This document shows, one piece after another, positions 39,131 through 51,327 of a stretch of 64,000 bases of DNA. Where the stretch lies: contig CM075992.1 of the NCBI GenBank assembly GCA_038087875.1, positions 7,938,001 to 8,002,000 on the forward strand, given 5' to 3'. The notes under the pieces were generated by a model, which was not told the DNA's origin, searched no databases, and was given only the letters and a program-made list of their open reading frames with translations. Source of the stretch: Malacoraja senta. Its lineage: Eukaryota. Each line of letters starts with the position of its first letter. Position 1 is the stretch's first letter. The position numbers and the translations under genes are program-made.

Positions 39131-39700
39131 TATGTGTGTGTGTGTGTGTGTGTGTGTGAGTTTGTGTGCTTATGCAGTTGTGTGTGTGTATGTTGTGTGT
39201 GCGTGTGTGAATGTGTGCGTGTGTGAATGTGTGCGTGTGTGAATGTGTGCGTGTGTGAATGTGTGCGTGTGTGAATGTGTGCGTGTGTGAATGTGTGCGT
39301 GTGTGAATGTGTGCGTGTGTGAATGTGTGCGTGTGTGAATGTGTGCAATGTGTTCGGGTGTGAATGTGTGCGTGTGTGAATGTGTGCGTGGTGAATGTGT
39401 GCGTGTGTGAATGTGTGCGTGTGTGAATGTGTGGGTGTGTGAATGTGTGTGTGTGAATGTGTGTGTGTGAATGTGTGGGTGTGTGAATGTGTGTGTGCTG
39501 TGTAGTTGTGTATGCAGGGAGTTGTATGTGAGTGTGTGGGTGTGAGTGTGTATGGCATTGTGTGTGTGTATGGCATTGTGTGCGAGTGTAGTTATGTATA
39601 TGTGTGGTTGTGCATGTGTGTATGCGGTAGGTGTGTGTGTGTGTGTGTGTATGCGGTAGGTGTGTGTGTGTGAGTGTGCGTGAGTGAGTGTTTGTCTGTG
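39131..39700. repeat. TG-rich micro/minisatellite with a 14-bp unit GTGTGAATGTGTGC
   Basis: Direct tandem repeats. Confidence 0.95.
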
Positions 39701-39779
39701 TTCGCATGTGTATCTGTACATTTCAGCGAATGCCTCGCTGAAAGTGTTTCTTGCTGCTTTTACAGAAATTGCAGCAAAG

Positions 39780-39979
39780 NNNNNNNNNNNNNNNNNNNNN
39801 NNNNNNNNNNNNNNNNNNNNNNNNNNNNNNNNNNNNNNNNNNNNNNNNNNNNNNNNNNNNNNNNNNNNNNNNNNNNNNNNNNNNNNNNNNNNNNNNNNNN
39901 NNNNNNNNNNNNNNNNNNNNNNNNNNNNNNNNNNNNNNNNNNNNNNNNNNNNNNNNNNNNNNNNNNNNNNNNNNNNNNN
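39780..39979. other. Assembly gap (200 N)
   Basis: Run of N, flanked by simple repeats. Confidence 1.
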
Positions 39980-40485
39980 TCTCTCTCTCCCTCACTCTCT
40001 CTCTCTCACTCTCTCTCTCCCTCTCTCCCTCTCTCCCTCTCTCTCCCTCTCTCCCTCTCTCTCTCCCTCTCTCTCTCTCGCCGTTGTCTAGGTTTAGTTT
40101 AGATTTCAGCGCAGAAACAGGCCCTTCGGCCCACCGGGTCGGCGCCAACCAGCGATCCCCGCACATTAACACCATCCTACACCCACTAGGGACAATTTAC
40201 AACTTTACCGAAGCCAATTAACCTACAAACCTGTACGTCTTTGGAGTGTGGGTGGACACCGAAGATCTGGGAGAAAACCCACGCAGGTCACGGGGAGAAA
40301 GTACAAACTCCGTACAGACAGCGCCCGTAGTCAGGATTGAACCCGGGTCTCCGGCGCTGCATTCGCTGCAGGGCAGCAACTCTACCGCTGCCCCACCGTG
40401 ACTGCCCGTATACTATCCTTCACCCCTCTGCACCCCTCCACCCTCCACCCCCCCTCCCCAGTCCCTCCCCTCCACCGGTGCAGAA

Positions 40486-40562
<77 letters not shown>

Positions 40563-40754
40563 GAGATAGATGGATAGATGGATAGATGGATAGATAGAGA
40601 GATAGATATGGATGGAGACCTAGGTGGGTGGTTAGAAGAGTGAGGGGGAGAGATATGGGAGAGAGAGGGAGAGAGAGAGAGAGAGAAATGGAAGAGCGAG
40701 AGAGAGTGAGATACAGAGAGAGAGAGAAAGATGGGGAGAGAGAGGAGGTGGTGA

Positions 40755-40800
<46 letters not shown>
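39980..40800. repeat. (CT)n, HE1 SINE (40090-40410, minus), (GATA)n and (GA)n
   Basis: Seen directly. Confidence 0.9.
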
Positions 40801-40802
<2 letters not shown>

Positions 40803-41799
40803 TCTCAGCTGATGGGAGTGGGCTGTTTGTGCCATTGTGGAGCAGTGGCAGTGTATGAACTCTGCCTCAGGGTGGTTTGGGGGGGAAGATATGGGGGGGG
40901 GTGGCTGAGGGGGAGGGAGGTGTGGGGTAGTGGAGGGAGGGGGTAGTGGGATGGAGGAGTGGCTCCGTGGACAGACACACACACAGAGTGCGGGGGTGGG
41001 GATGTGTGGTCTGGTCTGGTTTGTGGTGTGGACAGCTACATCAGCATTCCCAGCCTGCAGTCCCCAGCTTACTGCTGAGTGCCAGCAATCGAGTGTAATT
41101 GAAATATTAAATAGCGGGGCACTTAGTAAGTAATTGCCTGAATGAAGTGAGAAGATTTGATGAGGGGAAGAGAGGCTGGCATGTGGTGGAGTTGTTTAAC
41201 ATCGCATTTGATCCCGGCCCCAATCTGACAAACAGGATTAGAGTCACTCAGAGCTGTACGGCAAGTAAACAGGCCTTCGGCCCACCTTCTCCCTGCTGGC
41301 CAAGCTGCCATTCCGGGCTAGTCCCATTTGCCGGCATTTGGCCCTTAAGTTTATTGTTTAATCAGAGGGCAGTGAATCTGTGGAATTCTTTGCTGTGGGG
41401 GCCAAGTCAGTGGATATCTTTAAGACAGAGATAGATTGATTCTGGATTAGTACGGGTGTCAGAGGTTATGGGGAGAAGGCAGGAGAATGGGGTTAGGTGG
41501 GAGAGATAGATCAGCCATGATTGAATGGTGGAGCAGACTTGATGGGCCGAATGGCCTAATTCTGCTCCTATGACTTATTACCTTATGATAAGCCTCTAAA
41601 TTGTCCCCAGTGTGTCGGGAGTGGCAGCACCTCCCACCCATATGGTACGGTGGTGGGTGTATGGAACGAGCTGCTGGAGGAGGTAGTTGAGGCAGGGACT
41701 GTAACAATATTTCAATGACCTTCGGACCAGGTTACTGGGCACAGTGGCCCGGCGGTCGTGTTTCTTGCCTCACAGCACCAGAAACCTCTGTGTCTCCCT

Positions 41800-42132
41800 C
41801 TCCCCTGACTCTCAGTCTGAAGAAGGGTCTCGACTGAGGAATTCTCTGCCTCAGAGGGCGGTGGAGGCCGGTTCTCTGGATGCTTTCAAAAGAGAGCCAG
41901 ATAGGGCTCTTAAAGAAAGCGGAATCAGGGGATATGGGAAGAAGGCAGGAACGGGGTACTGATTGGGGATGATCAGCCATGATCGCATTGAATGGCGGTG
42001 CTGGCTCGAAGGGCCGAATGGCCTACTCCTGCACCTATCGTCTATTGTCTATCGACCCGAAACGTCACCCATTCCTTCTCTCCAGAGTTGCTGCCTGTCC
42101 CGCTGAGTTACTCCAGCATTTTGTGCCTGTCT
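41800..42132 (+). mobile_element. Penelope pLTR whose hammerhead helix II is split by a CR1 3' fragment (~41836-42052)
   Basis: ctgaagaagggtcTCGAC [CR1] TCGACccgaaacgtcacc. Confidence 0.8.
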
Positions 42133-42294
42133 TCAAGGCTTCACTCTGTGTCGAACCCTGCACAGTGTAGGGTTAGAGCTCCATCTGCTTCCTGCAGAGG
42201 GAGATGTATTCAGCAGCTGCGCAGGTCCAGGTGACCAGGATGCTGCCGCCGTCCGTCTCTCACTGTTCATTTTTCACAAGCTACGAGTCGGCGA

Positions 42295-42722
42295 AATTCC
42301 CTTCCCATTCCCACACTGGCCTTTCTGTGCTGGGCCTCCTCCACTGTCAGAGTGAGGCCCAACGCACAAAGTGGAGGAACGGCAACTCATATTTCACTCG
42401 GGCAGTTTACAACCCAACGGTATGGATATTGATTTTTCTAATCTAAAGTAACTCTTACATCCACTCTCGCTCTGTCTCTCCCCCACCCTAGTCGACCCAC
42501 TCCTTATCACCTGGCCCCACCTCACCTGATCATCGTTGCTAGGCTTAAGATGTTCATTGCATATCTTTCATTCATTTGTCCTTTTACCTTTCCGTACCCC
42601 TAGTTTCCCTCTCCCCCCAACTCTCAGTCTGAAGAAGGGTCTCGACCTAAAACGCCGCCTATTCCTTCTCTCTAGAGATGCTGCCTGACCCGCTGAGTTA
42701 CTCCAGCATTTTGTGTCTATTT
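42295..42722 (+). mobile_element. Penelope-like 3' end (GIY-YIG remnant plus pLTR)
   Basis: PSHSHTGLSVLGLLHCQSEAQR..GSLQPNGMDIDFSN. Confidence 0.85.
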
Positions 42723-42728
42723 TCCATG

Positions 42729-43237
42729 CTGCGATACGATACGATAGAACCTAATTCATCCCAATGGGGACATTGATCTGCCAACAGTCATAAAAACACA
42801 CAAAATACAGGAAACATGAAATTAAAGTGACGAGTGGAAAGGATTGGGGATGTGCAAAGATTGGGGAGGGGGGGGGGGTCAGTCTCAGTCTCCCCCACGA
42901 CAGAAGGGGGAGGAGTTGTACACTTTGATAGCCACAGGGAAGAAGGATCTCCTGTGGCGTTCTGTGCTGCATCTTGGTGGAACCAGTCTGTTGCTGAAGG
43001 TGCTCCCTCCGGTTGACCAGTGGGTCATGGAGGGGGTGAGCTGTATTGTCCAGGATGCTCCGCAGTTTGAGGAGCATCCTCCCCTCCAAGACCAACCTCC
43101 CGTGAATCCAACTCCAACTCCGCCCCCAGGATGGAGCCAGCCTTCCTGATGGGTTTGTTGATCCTGTTGGCGTCCGCGGCCTTCGCCCTGCTGCCCAGCA
43201 CACGGCAGCGAAGAGGATGGCACTGGCTACCACCGAC
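42729..43237 (-). mobile_element. Rex1/Babar LINE 3' fragment
   Basis: SVVASAILFAAVCW..LRSILDNTAHPLH..RCSTERHRRSFFPVAIKVYNS; (TATCG)n tail. Confidence 0.85.
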
Positions 43238-43249
43238 ATCTGCAGATGT

Positions 43250-43515
43250 TGAAACAGGCCCTTCGGCCCACCAAGTCCGTGTCGACCAGCAATCACCCCG
43301 ATCCTACACACTAGGGACAATTTACAAAAGCCAATTAACCCACAAACCTGTACGTCTTTGGAGTGTGGGAGGGATCCTGAGCACCCGGAGAAAACCCACG
43401 CGGTCACGGGGAGAACGTGCAAACTCCGTACAGACAGCACCCGTAGTCAGGATCGAACCCTTGGTCTCTGGTGCTGTAAGGCAGCAACTCTACCGCTGCG
43501 TCACCGTGCCGCCCC
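43250..43515 (-). mobile_element. HE1-type V-SINE
   Basis: Family match. Confidence 0.9.
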
Positions 43516-44219
43516 AATGTCTGAGAGGCATCTGAATTGCTGAGATATAGAAGGCTACGGAGCATATTTGGGAAATGGGATTAGTGTTCACGGGCCCTTG
43601 AAAGTTGGCATGGACATGATGGGCTGAAGGGCCTGTTTCCGTGCTGTGTGACCCTGTGTCCCCTCACTACAGGTTGGACCTTCCATCACACTGTCTGAAC
43701 AAACTCCGTACAGACAGCACCCGTAGTCGGGATCGAACCCTTGGTCTCTGGCGTTGTGAGGCAGCAACTCTACCGCTACGCCACCGTGCCACTCTGGTTG
43801 TGTGTTGCTGCTGCTCCTGTATAATATACATGTGGTTCTGTCACCGGTCATGTGTCACAGAGTGCAATTGGCGCTGGCTGGCATTTTCATAAGTTCGTAA
43901 GTGCCAGGAGCAGAATTAGGCCATTCGGCCCACCAGGTCTACTCAATCATGGCTGATCTAACTCTCCCGCCTAACCCCATTTCTCCTGCCTTCTCCCCAT
44001 AACCCCTGACCCCATTTGTTGTAGTGTTGTTGTATTCAGTGATTGGAAACACAATGTGTGCGAGACTGAGCGAACCACGTCCCAGGCCACGCGGTGACTC
44101 TCAGTCTAGCGGTCGAGAGGGTGACCGCCACCCTCCCTGATCACCATGTCACAGTGGAACAGGACTGACCCAGGCTCACATACACTTCCATAGGCACCTG
44201 ATATCCTGTCAGAGGTCAA

Positions 44220-44570
44220 CAGGCTTGGACAGAGTGGATGTGGAGAGGATGTTTCCACTAGTGGGAGAGTCTAGGACTAGAGGCCACAGCCTCAAAATTA
44301 AAGGACATTCCTTTAGAAAGGAGATGAGGAGGAATTTCTTTAGCCAGAGGGTGGTGAATCTGTGGAATTCTTTGCCACAGACGGCTGTGGAGGCCAAGTC
44401 AGTGGATATTTTTAAGGTGGAGATTGGCAGATTCTTGATTAGTGTGGGTGTCAGGGAGAAGGCAGGAGAATGGGGTTAGGCGGGAGAGATAGATCAGCCA
44501 TGATTGAATGGCGGAGTAGACTTGATGGGCCGATTGGCCTAATTCTGCTCCTAGACTCATGAGCTTATGA
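44220..44570 (+). mobile_element. CR1 3' fragment
   Basis: ORF 44225-44479. Confidence 0.9.
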
Positions 44571-44756
44571 ACGAGAATGAGTGGCGGGGGTCTGTGTGGA
44601 ATCTGCCCCCACACCTCCTCCTCCTCCCACATGCCCCCTGGTGGCCACAGCTACGGGGGAGACAGAGGGAAAACAGAGACAGACAAATGGACAGGGTGAT
44701 GTCAGAGGGAGACACAGCTGGAGAGAGAAGGAAAGAGAGAGATGAATTGAAAGAAA

Positions 44757-45081
44757 GGCGGTCACGGTGGGGCAGCGGTAGAGTTGCTGCCTCACAGCGA
44801 ATGCAGCGCCGGAGACCCGGGTTCGATCCTGACTACGGGTGCTGCCTGTACGGAGTTTGTCCGTTCTCCCCGTGACCTGCGTGGGTTCCCCCTGAGATCT
44901 CCGGTTTCCTCCCACACTCCAAAGACGTACAGGTTTGTAGGTTAATTGGCTTGGTAAATGTAGAAATTGTCCCTAGTGTGGGTGTAGGATGGTGTTAGTG
45001 TGCGGGGATCGCTGGTCGGCACGGACCCGGTGGGCCGAAGGGCCTGTTTCCTCGCCGTATCTCTAAACTAAACTAAACTAA
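44757..45081 (+). mobile_element. Full-length HE1-type V-SINE
   Basis: A/B boxes, V-domain, (CTAAA)n tail. Confidence 0.92.
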
Positions 45082-45084
45082 ATA

Positions 45085-45705
45085 GATAAAGGCAGACAAG
45101 CAGCGAAAGAGGGAACGGGGTAGATAGAAGGGAAGGGAGTGGAGAGAGGGAAAGACACAGGGGAGGAGTGAAGAGAGAAAAACAGAGAAGGTGACAGGTG
45201 AAGAGAGGCAGAGGAAGGCAGAGAGTGGGAGGAAGCGAAAAGGGGAGGGAAAGAGTAAAAGTGGGAATTAATTCGGGAGAGAAAGTCATGGAGCGGGAAG
45301 AAAAGGAGAGGTGGGGAGAATTATAAGAAAGAGGGGAATGAAAGAGTGAAAATGAGAATTAATTAGGAAAGGAAAGGCACTGGGGAAGGAGAAAAGGAGA
45401 GGGAGAGAGGGAAGTGGAGAGAGAATAAAAGAAAAGGGGGAAAGTGAGAGAATTAGATAGGGAGAGAAAGGAGCAAAGGAGAGACAAAGTGGAGAGAGAA
45501 AAAAACAGGGTGACAGGAGAGAGGCAGAGGGGAAGGTGGAGGGAGAATAAAAGAAGAGGGGGATAGAGTGAAAGTGAGAATTAGGGATGGAGGGAGGGAA
45601 AGGCAAAAAGGAGAAAAGGTTAGGGAGATAGACAAAGATAAGAAACAGAAAGGACAAGCGGAGGAGGGAGGGAAGAGGAGAGTGAGTGGAGCAGGAGAAG
45701 GGAGG
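45085..45705. repeat. Polypurine low-complexity tract
   Basis: About 600 bp dominated by A and G. Confidence 0.9.
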
Positions 45706-45865
45706 ATAGACACAAAATGCTGGCGTAACTCAGCGGGACAGGCAGCATCTCTGGAGAGACGTTTCGTGTCGAGTCCCTTCGTGTCGTGTCTGAAGAAGTG
45801 TCCCCCGTTCCTTCTCTCCAGGGATGCTGCCTGCCCCGCTGAGTTAATTAGCATTTTGCGTCTAT

Positions 45866-46470
45866 CTTCTGCAGTTGTATAGGGCTCTGGTGAGACCACA
45901 TCCGGAGTATTGTGTGCAGTTTTGGTCTCCTAATTTGAGGAAGGACATCCTTGTGATTGAGGCAGTGCAGCGTAGGTTCACGAGATTGATCGCTGGGATG
46001 GCGGGACTGTCATATGAGGAAAGATTGAAAAGACTAGGCTTGTATTCACTGGAGTTTAGAAGGATGAGGGAGAATCTTATAGAAACATATAAAATTATAA
46101 AAGGACTGGACAAGCTAGATGCAGGAAAAATGTTCCCAATGTTGGGCGAGTCCAGAACCAGGGGCCACAGTCTTAGAATAAAGGGGAGGCCATTTAAGAC
46201 TGAGGTGAGAAAAAACGTTTTCACCCAGAGAGTTGTGAATTTGTGGAATTCCCTGCCACAGAGGGCAGTGGAGGCCAAATCACTGGATGGATTTAAGAGA
46301 GAGTTAGATAGAGCTCTAGGGGCTAGTGGAGTCAAGGGATATGGGGAGAAGGCAGGCACGGGTTATTGATTGGGGACGATCAGCCATGATCACAATGAAT
46401 GGCGGTGCTAGCTCGAAGGGCCGAATGGCCTCCTCCTGCACCTATTTTCTATGTTTCAATGTTTCTATGT
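45866..46470 (+). mobile_element. CR1/HER1 3' fragment
   Basis: ORF 45875-46369. Confidence 0.95.
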
Positions 46471-46689
46471 AAACCGAACAACTGCACCAGGAAGGCGGAC
46501 ACAAAATGCTGGAGTAACTCAGCGGGACAGGCAGCATCTCTGGAGAGAAGGAACGGGTGACGTTTTCGGGGTCGAGACCCTTGTTCAGACCCAGCTTCAC
46601 TAGACGGGGTGTCGGTGTGAACCTAATGTGAAGCATCTCGGAGAGACGCAGGCCTGGAAACAGATGGAGGCTTGGGGCTTTGAGGCAAT

Positions 46690-47165
46690 GTTGCCGCTCT
46701 TGGGGCTTGGAAAGCTGCCAATACGCGCTGTCCCTTTTTTTTTTTTGTGATGAATAATGATTTATAAAGCTGCTTTTACCATTCACGAGCTGCCCTTGGG
46801 GGGAAAGCAGTCGGATTAAAAGATGACAAGAAATTAAATTGTGTTTCGGCAGCTCTGCTGAGGCAGCTGAGGCAGCAGGATAACTCGTCTGCCTTCTCCT
46901 GATAAATCACCCACCGCCTTTCTGTAGGAAATGTATAATTAGTAGCGCAGTCTGCCTGCGTCAGCAGAAAATAACAGGAGCGGAGAGAGAAAAAAGAATC
47001 TCTTCATTAAAAGAAAATATATAACGGCACGCAGTTGAACATGGGACACTCCGGTTCTGTGGAGTGATTAACAATTCTCAGTAAAGCAAAAAAATGGACC
47101 AAAATGATGAATAATATGCATGTTGGTAATTAGTGTGTAACTTCAGTGGCTGAGCTAATGGGGCA
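46690..47165. promoter_or_regulatory. Candidate conserved non-coding enhancer
   Basis: Repeat-free island with four TGATNNAT, a Maf half-site, TAATTAG and TGACA motifs. Confidence 0.5.
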
Positions 47166-47196
47166 CCCTTCTTAGAAAATCCTTCCCCATCTTAAA

Positions 47197-47815
47197 GGGC
47201 GGCAGGAGTAGAGTTGCTGCCTCACAGCGCCAGAGGCCTGGGTTCGATCCTGACTATGGGTGCTGTCTGTGCGGAGTTTGTACCTTCTCCCTGTGGCCAC
47301 GTGGGTTTTCACCGGGCGCTCCGGTTTCCTCCCACATTCCAAAGACGTGCGGGTGCGGGTTTCATGGTTCATTGGCTTTTGTAAGTTGGAAGTTGTCCCT
47401 CGTGTGTGTACGGTAGTGTCTAAGCCACAGCCTTAGAATAAAGGGGAGGCCATTTAGGACTGAGGTGAGAGAGAACTTTTTCACCCAGAGAGTTGTGAAT
47501 TTGTGGAATTCCCTGCCACAGAGGGCAGTGGAGGCCAAGTCACTGGATGGATTTAAGAGAGAGTTAGATAGAGCTCTAGGGGCTGGTGGAATCAAGGGAT
47601 ATGGGGAGAAGGCAGGCACGGGTTATTGATAGGGGACGATCAGCCATGATCACAATGAATGGTGGTGCTGGCTCGAAGGGCGGAATGGCCTCCTCCTGCA
47701 CCTATTTTCTATGTTTTTCTATGTTTTTTCTATGTAAGTGTGCAGGGATCGCTGGTCGGTGCGGACTCGATGGGCCGAAGGGCCTGTTTCCCCACTGTAT
47801 CTCTAAACTAAACTC
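47197..47815 (+). mobile_element. HE1 SINE interrupted by a CR1 fragment (47422-47735)
   Basis: SINE head and body, CR1 C-terminus, then SINE tail. Confidence 0.85.
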
Positions 47816-47842
47816 ATCTTCTTTGAATAAAGAATTTCCTTG

Positions 47843-48790
47843 AGAGTCACACAGTGTGGAAACAGGCCCTCGGCCCAACTTTCCCACCAGCGACCACCAT
47901 GCCCCACCTACACTAGTCCTACTGCCTGCTTTTGGTCCAGATCCCTCTAAACCTGTCTTATCCATGTACCTGTCTAATTGTTTCTTAAACGATGGGATAG
48001 TCACTGCCTCAACTACCTCCTCTGGCAGCTTGTTCCATACACCCACCACCCTTTGTGTAAAAAAGTTGCCCCTCAGGTTCCTATTAAATCTTTCCCCCCT
48101 CACCTTAAACCAATGTATTCCAGTTCTCCACACTCTGGGCAATAGACTCTGTGCGTCTACTAGGCAAAGACCAGCATCCCATCCAACACATGAACCGATG
48201 ATCGGCCATGAGAAGGAGGGGTGATGGTGTCGGCGGTAAGCGAAGGTCCGAAGGTCGGACAGCTGGCCGGGCTGCTGACCGACGGGGCCACGGGCGAGGC
48301 GCTGCTGCTGCTGCTGCTGCACTCCATGGGCTGCACTATGTCGGGACGGGTGAGGCGGGACCGGACGCGGCGCTCCGACCCGACGGTCCCCTCGACCCGA
48401 GTAGTAGCAGTCAAATACGGGACAAGGGTGGTCCCGTACAGGACAAACCAATTTAGCCCAAAAGATGTCCCGGCTAATACAGGACAGTTGACAACCCTAA
48501 TCTATTCCTCTCATGATTTTATACACCTCCATAAGATCACCCCTCATCCTCCTGCGCTCCATGGAATAGAGACCCAGCCTGCTCAACCTCTCCCTATAGC
48601 TCACACCCTCTAGTCCTGGCAACATCCTGGTAAATCTTCTCTGCGCCCATTCCAGCTTGACAACAACCTTCCTATAACTTGGTGACTAAAACTGAACACA
48701 ATATTCTAAATGCGGTCTCACCAACGTCTTATGCAACTGCAACATGACCTCCCAACGTCTATACTCAATACTCTGACTGATGAAGGCCTG
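47843..48790 (-). mobile_element. CR1 fragment interrupted by an internally deleted Blackjack-like hAT element (48161-48499)
   Basis: FKVRGERFNRNLRGNFFTQRVVGVWNKLPEEVVEA; the insert matches 29552-30090. Confidence 0.85.
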
Positions 48791-48884
48791 AGACCTGGTG
48801 GGCCTGTTTCCACGCTGTATCTTTCAATCAATTCATTCCTAGACCAAGTGTTAAAGAAGGAACTGCAGATGCTGGAATAAAGAA

Positions 48885-48920
48885 GGGTCTGAAGAAGGGT
48901 TTCGGCCCGAAACGTTGCCT
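48885..48920 (+). ncRNA. Minimal type I hammerhead ribozyme motif (best-formed copy)
   Basis: GGGU-CUGAAGA-A-GGGU(UUCG)GCCC-GAAA-CGUU-GCCU; helix I GGGU/GCCU. Confidence 0.65.
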
Positions 48921-49609
48921 ATTTCCTTCGCTCCATAGATGCTGCTGCACCCGCTGAGTTTCTCCAGCACTTTTGTCTACATTCCTAGATCAACGTTGGT
49001 TTCAGTTTACAGTTTTCAGTTCAGTTTATTGTCACGTGTACCCAGGTACAGTGAAAAGCTTTTGTTACGAGCTATCCAGTCAGCGGAAAGACAATACGTG
49101 ATTACAATCGAGCCATTTACAGTGTACAGATACATGATAAGGGAATAACGTTTAGTGCAAGGTAAAGCCAGCAAAGTCTGATCAAGGATAACGAGGAAGA
49201 GAAGGAGAGGTTAGACACAAAATGCTGGACTAACTCAGCGGGACAAGGCAGCATCTCTGGGGAGAAGGAATGGGTGACGTTCCGGGTCGAGACCCTTCTT
49301 CAGACTGACGTTCCGGGTCGAGACCCTTGTAACTCCAGCTTTTTGTGTCTATCTTCGGTTTAAACCTGCAACTGCAGTTCCTTGTCACACAGGAGAAGGA
49401 GAGGAGTCGAGGCCACTGTAGAGAGGTGAGTGCTGACCCTGGTCAGATGCACTGCTCTTGGTGGCAGCTTTCAGTCCGTGGGTCTCCTCCCCGACACCCA
49501 GCCCTGCTGGAGCAGCTTCAGCCACGATGCTAGTGACCGTGAAATACGGCGTAAACCTGGTGCTGTCGATCACGTCAGGGATGGAGTGCTTCCACTGCAG
49601 AAGGGCAGA

Positions 49610-50140
49610 GGGCAGCCACGGTGGCGCAGCGGTAGAGTTGCTGCCTTACTGCGCTCACAGCGCCAGAGACCTGGGTTCCATCCCGACTACATGTGCTGTC
49701 TGTACGGAGTTTGCACGTTCTCCCCGTGACCTGCGTGGGTTTCCTCCGAGATCTCCGGTTTCCTCCCGCACTCCAAAGACGTACAGGTTTGTAGAACTGT
49801 CCCCTGGTGTGTGTAGGGTAGTCATTAGACAATAGACAACAGGTGCAGGAGTAGGCCATTCGACCCTTCGAGCCAGCACCGCCATTCAATGCGATCATGG
49901 CTGATCATCCCCAATCAGTACCCCGTTCCTGCCTTCTCCCCATATCCCCCGACTCCGCTATCTTTAAGAGCCCTATCTAGCTCTCTCTTGAAAGCATCCA
50001 GAGAACCCGCCTCCACCGCCCTCTGAGGCAGAGAATTCCACCTAGTGTGCTAGTGTGCGGGGATCGCTGGTCGGCGCGGATCCGTTGGGCCGAAGGGCCC
50101 CCGTTTCAGAGCTGTGTCTCGAGACTAAACTAAAATGAAA
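49610..50140 (+). mobile_element. HE1 SINE interrupted by a minus-strand CR1 3' end (49827-50040)
   Basis: Family matches. Confidence 0.85.
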
Positions 50141-51327
50141 CTAAGCAGAATCGCTGATTGCGCTGCTCAATTGTGGAGCGAATCTCAAGGCAGGAGGGAC
50201 AGGGCATCTGTAAAGCCTTCATAAAGATAGACTACCTCAGGCCTGGCACACCAGGATGGATGAGGCTGCCTGTAACTGCTGCTTTAATACACTGCTGCTT
50301 CCCATCCCTCTGATGTTATTTTCCAATCTGCTGTCACAAGGCATTCTGGAGACAGATACCTGAGGTTAACAAGGTCTGTGGGCTGTGGGGATGTTCCTTT
50401 GTCACTTGTGCAACTGCATGGTGAAACTATAGAGTCACAGAGTGATACAGTGTGGAAACAGGCCCTTCGGCCCAACTCGCCCACACCGGCCAACATGTCC
50501 CAGATACACTAGCGCTTGGTCCATATCCCTCCAAACCTGACCTCTCCATGTACCTGTTTCTTCGTGCATTTTTCCTCTTGCTTATCTTACACCAGTGGGC
50601 GCCGCCATCTTTGGGCGCCGTTTCCGATGTCCAAAGTCCGGTCGGCCTGGGGTCTGGGACCACCGGAGCGGATCCAGATCCAGGCGAGCCCCAGGCTGCT
50701 GCGGGGCCTTCATCCGTCGCCCTCGACCGGCTCAGCCCTGCCAACCCATGTCCCTCTCCTCTCCCCTCCTCTCCCGAACTGGGGTCTCTGGCACCGTGAG
50801 GCAGCGACTCGACCCGCTGAGGCACCGTGTGCCCCCCTGATTACTTTACGCCTCCTGACTGGGCCTATTATATCTGTGAGACCAGAGCTGTCACGGGGGG
50901 GGAGTGTTCAGTTGTTTAGTTTAGTATTGTTTAGCTTGAAGAGACAGCGTGGAAACAGGCCCACCGAGTCCGCGCCAACCAGCCATCCCCGCACACTAAC
51001 ACTATCCCACACACTAGGGACAATTTACAATTTATACCGAAGCCAATTAACCTGCAAACCCGCACGTCTTTGGAGTGTGGGAGGAAACCTGAGCACCTGG
51101 AGAAAACCCACTCAGGTCACGGGGAGAACGTACAAGTTTAAGTTTAATTTCCCTGCACCGACAAGCAGACTGAACTGTAAGAGCGTGAAGAATGGAAGAT
51201 GGAAGATTGCAAAGTGCATCAGGGGTAGACAGCAGGGTCGTAGTGGTCTCAGTACAAACATCAATACATCAAACCCCTTCTCTCAGTCCCCAAACACAGG
51301 GACTCTGAAGAAGGAGCTCAACATCTA

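Noticed and set aside
38854..39721. His/Thr-rich ORFs
   Set aside because: Translations of a (TG)n-type satellite
42198..42230. 33-nt + strand micro-exon (REMYSAAAQVQ)
   Set aside because: Good acceptor but mediocre donor; too short to support
44757..44830. tRNA genes
   Set aside because: A/B boxes are SINE heads continuing into the V-domain; no full cloverleaf
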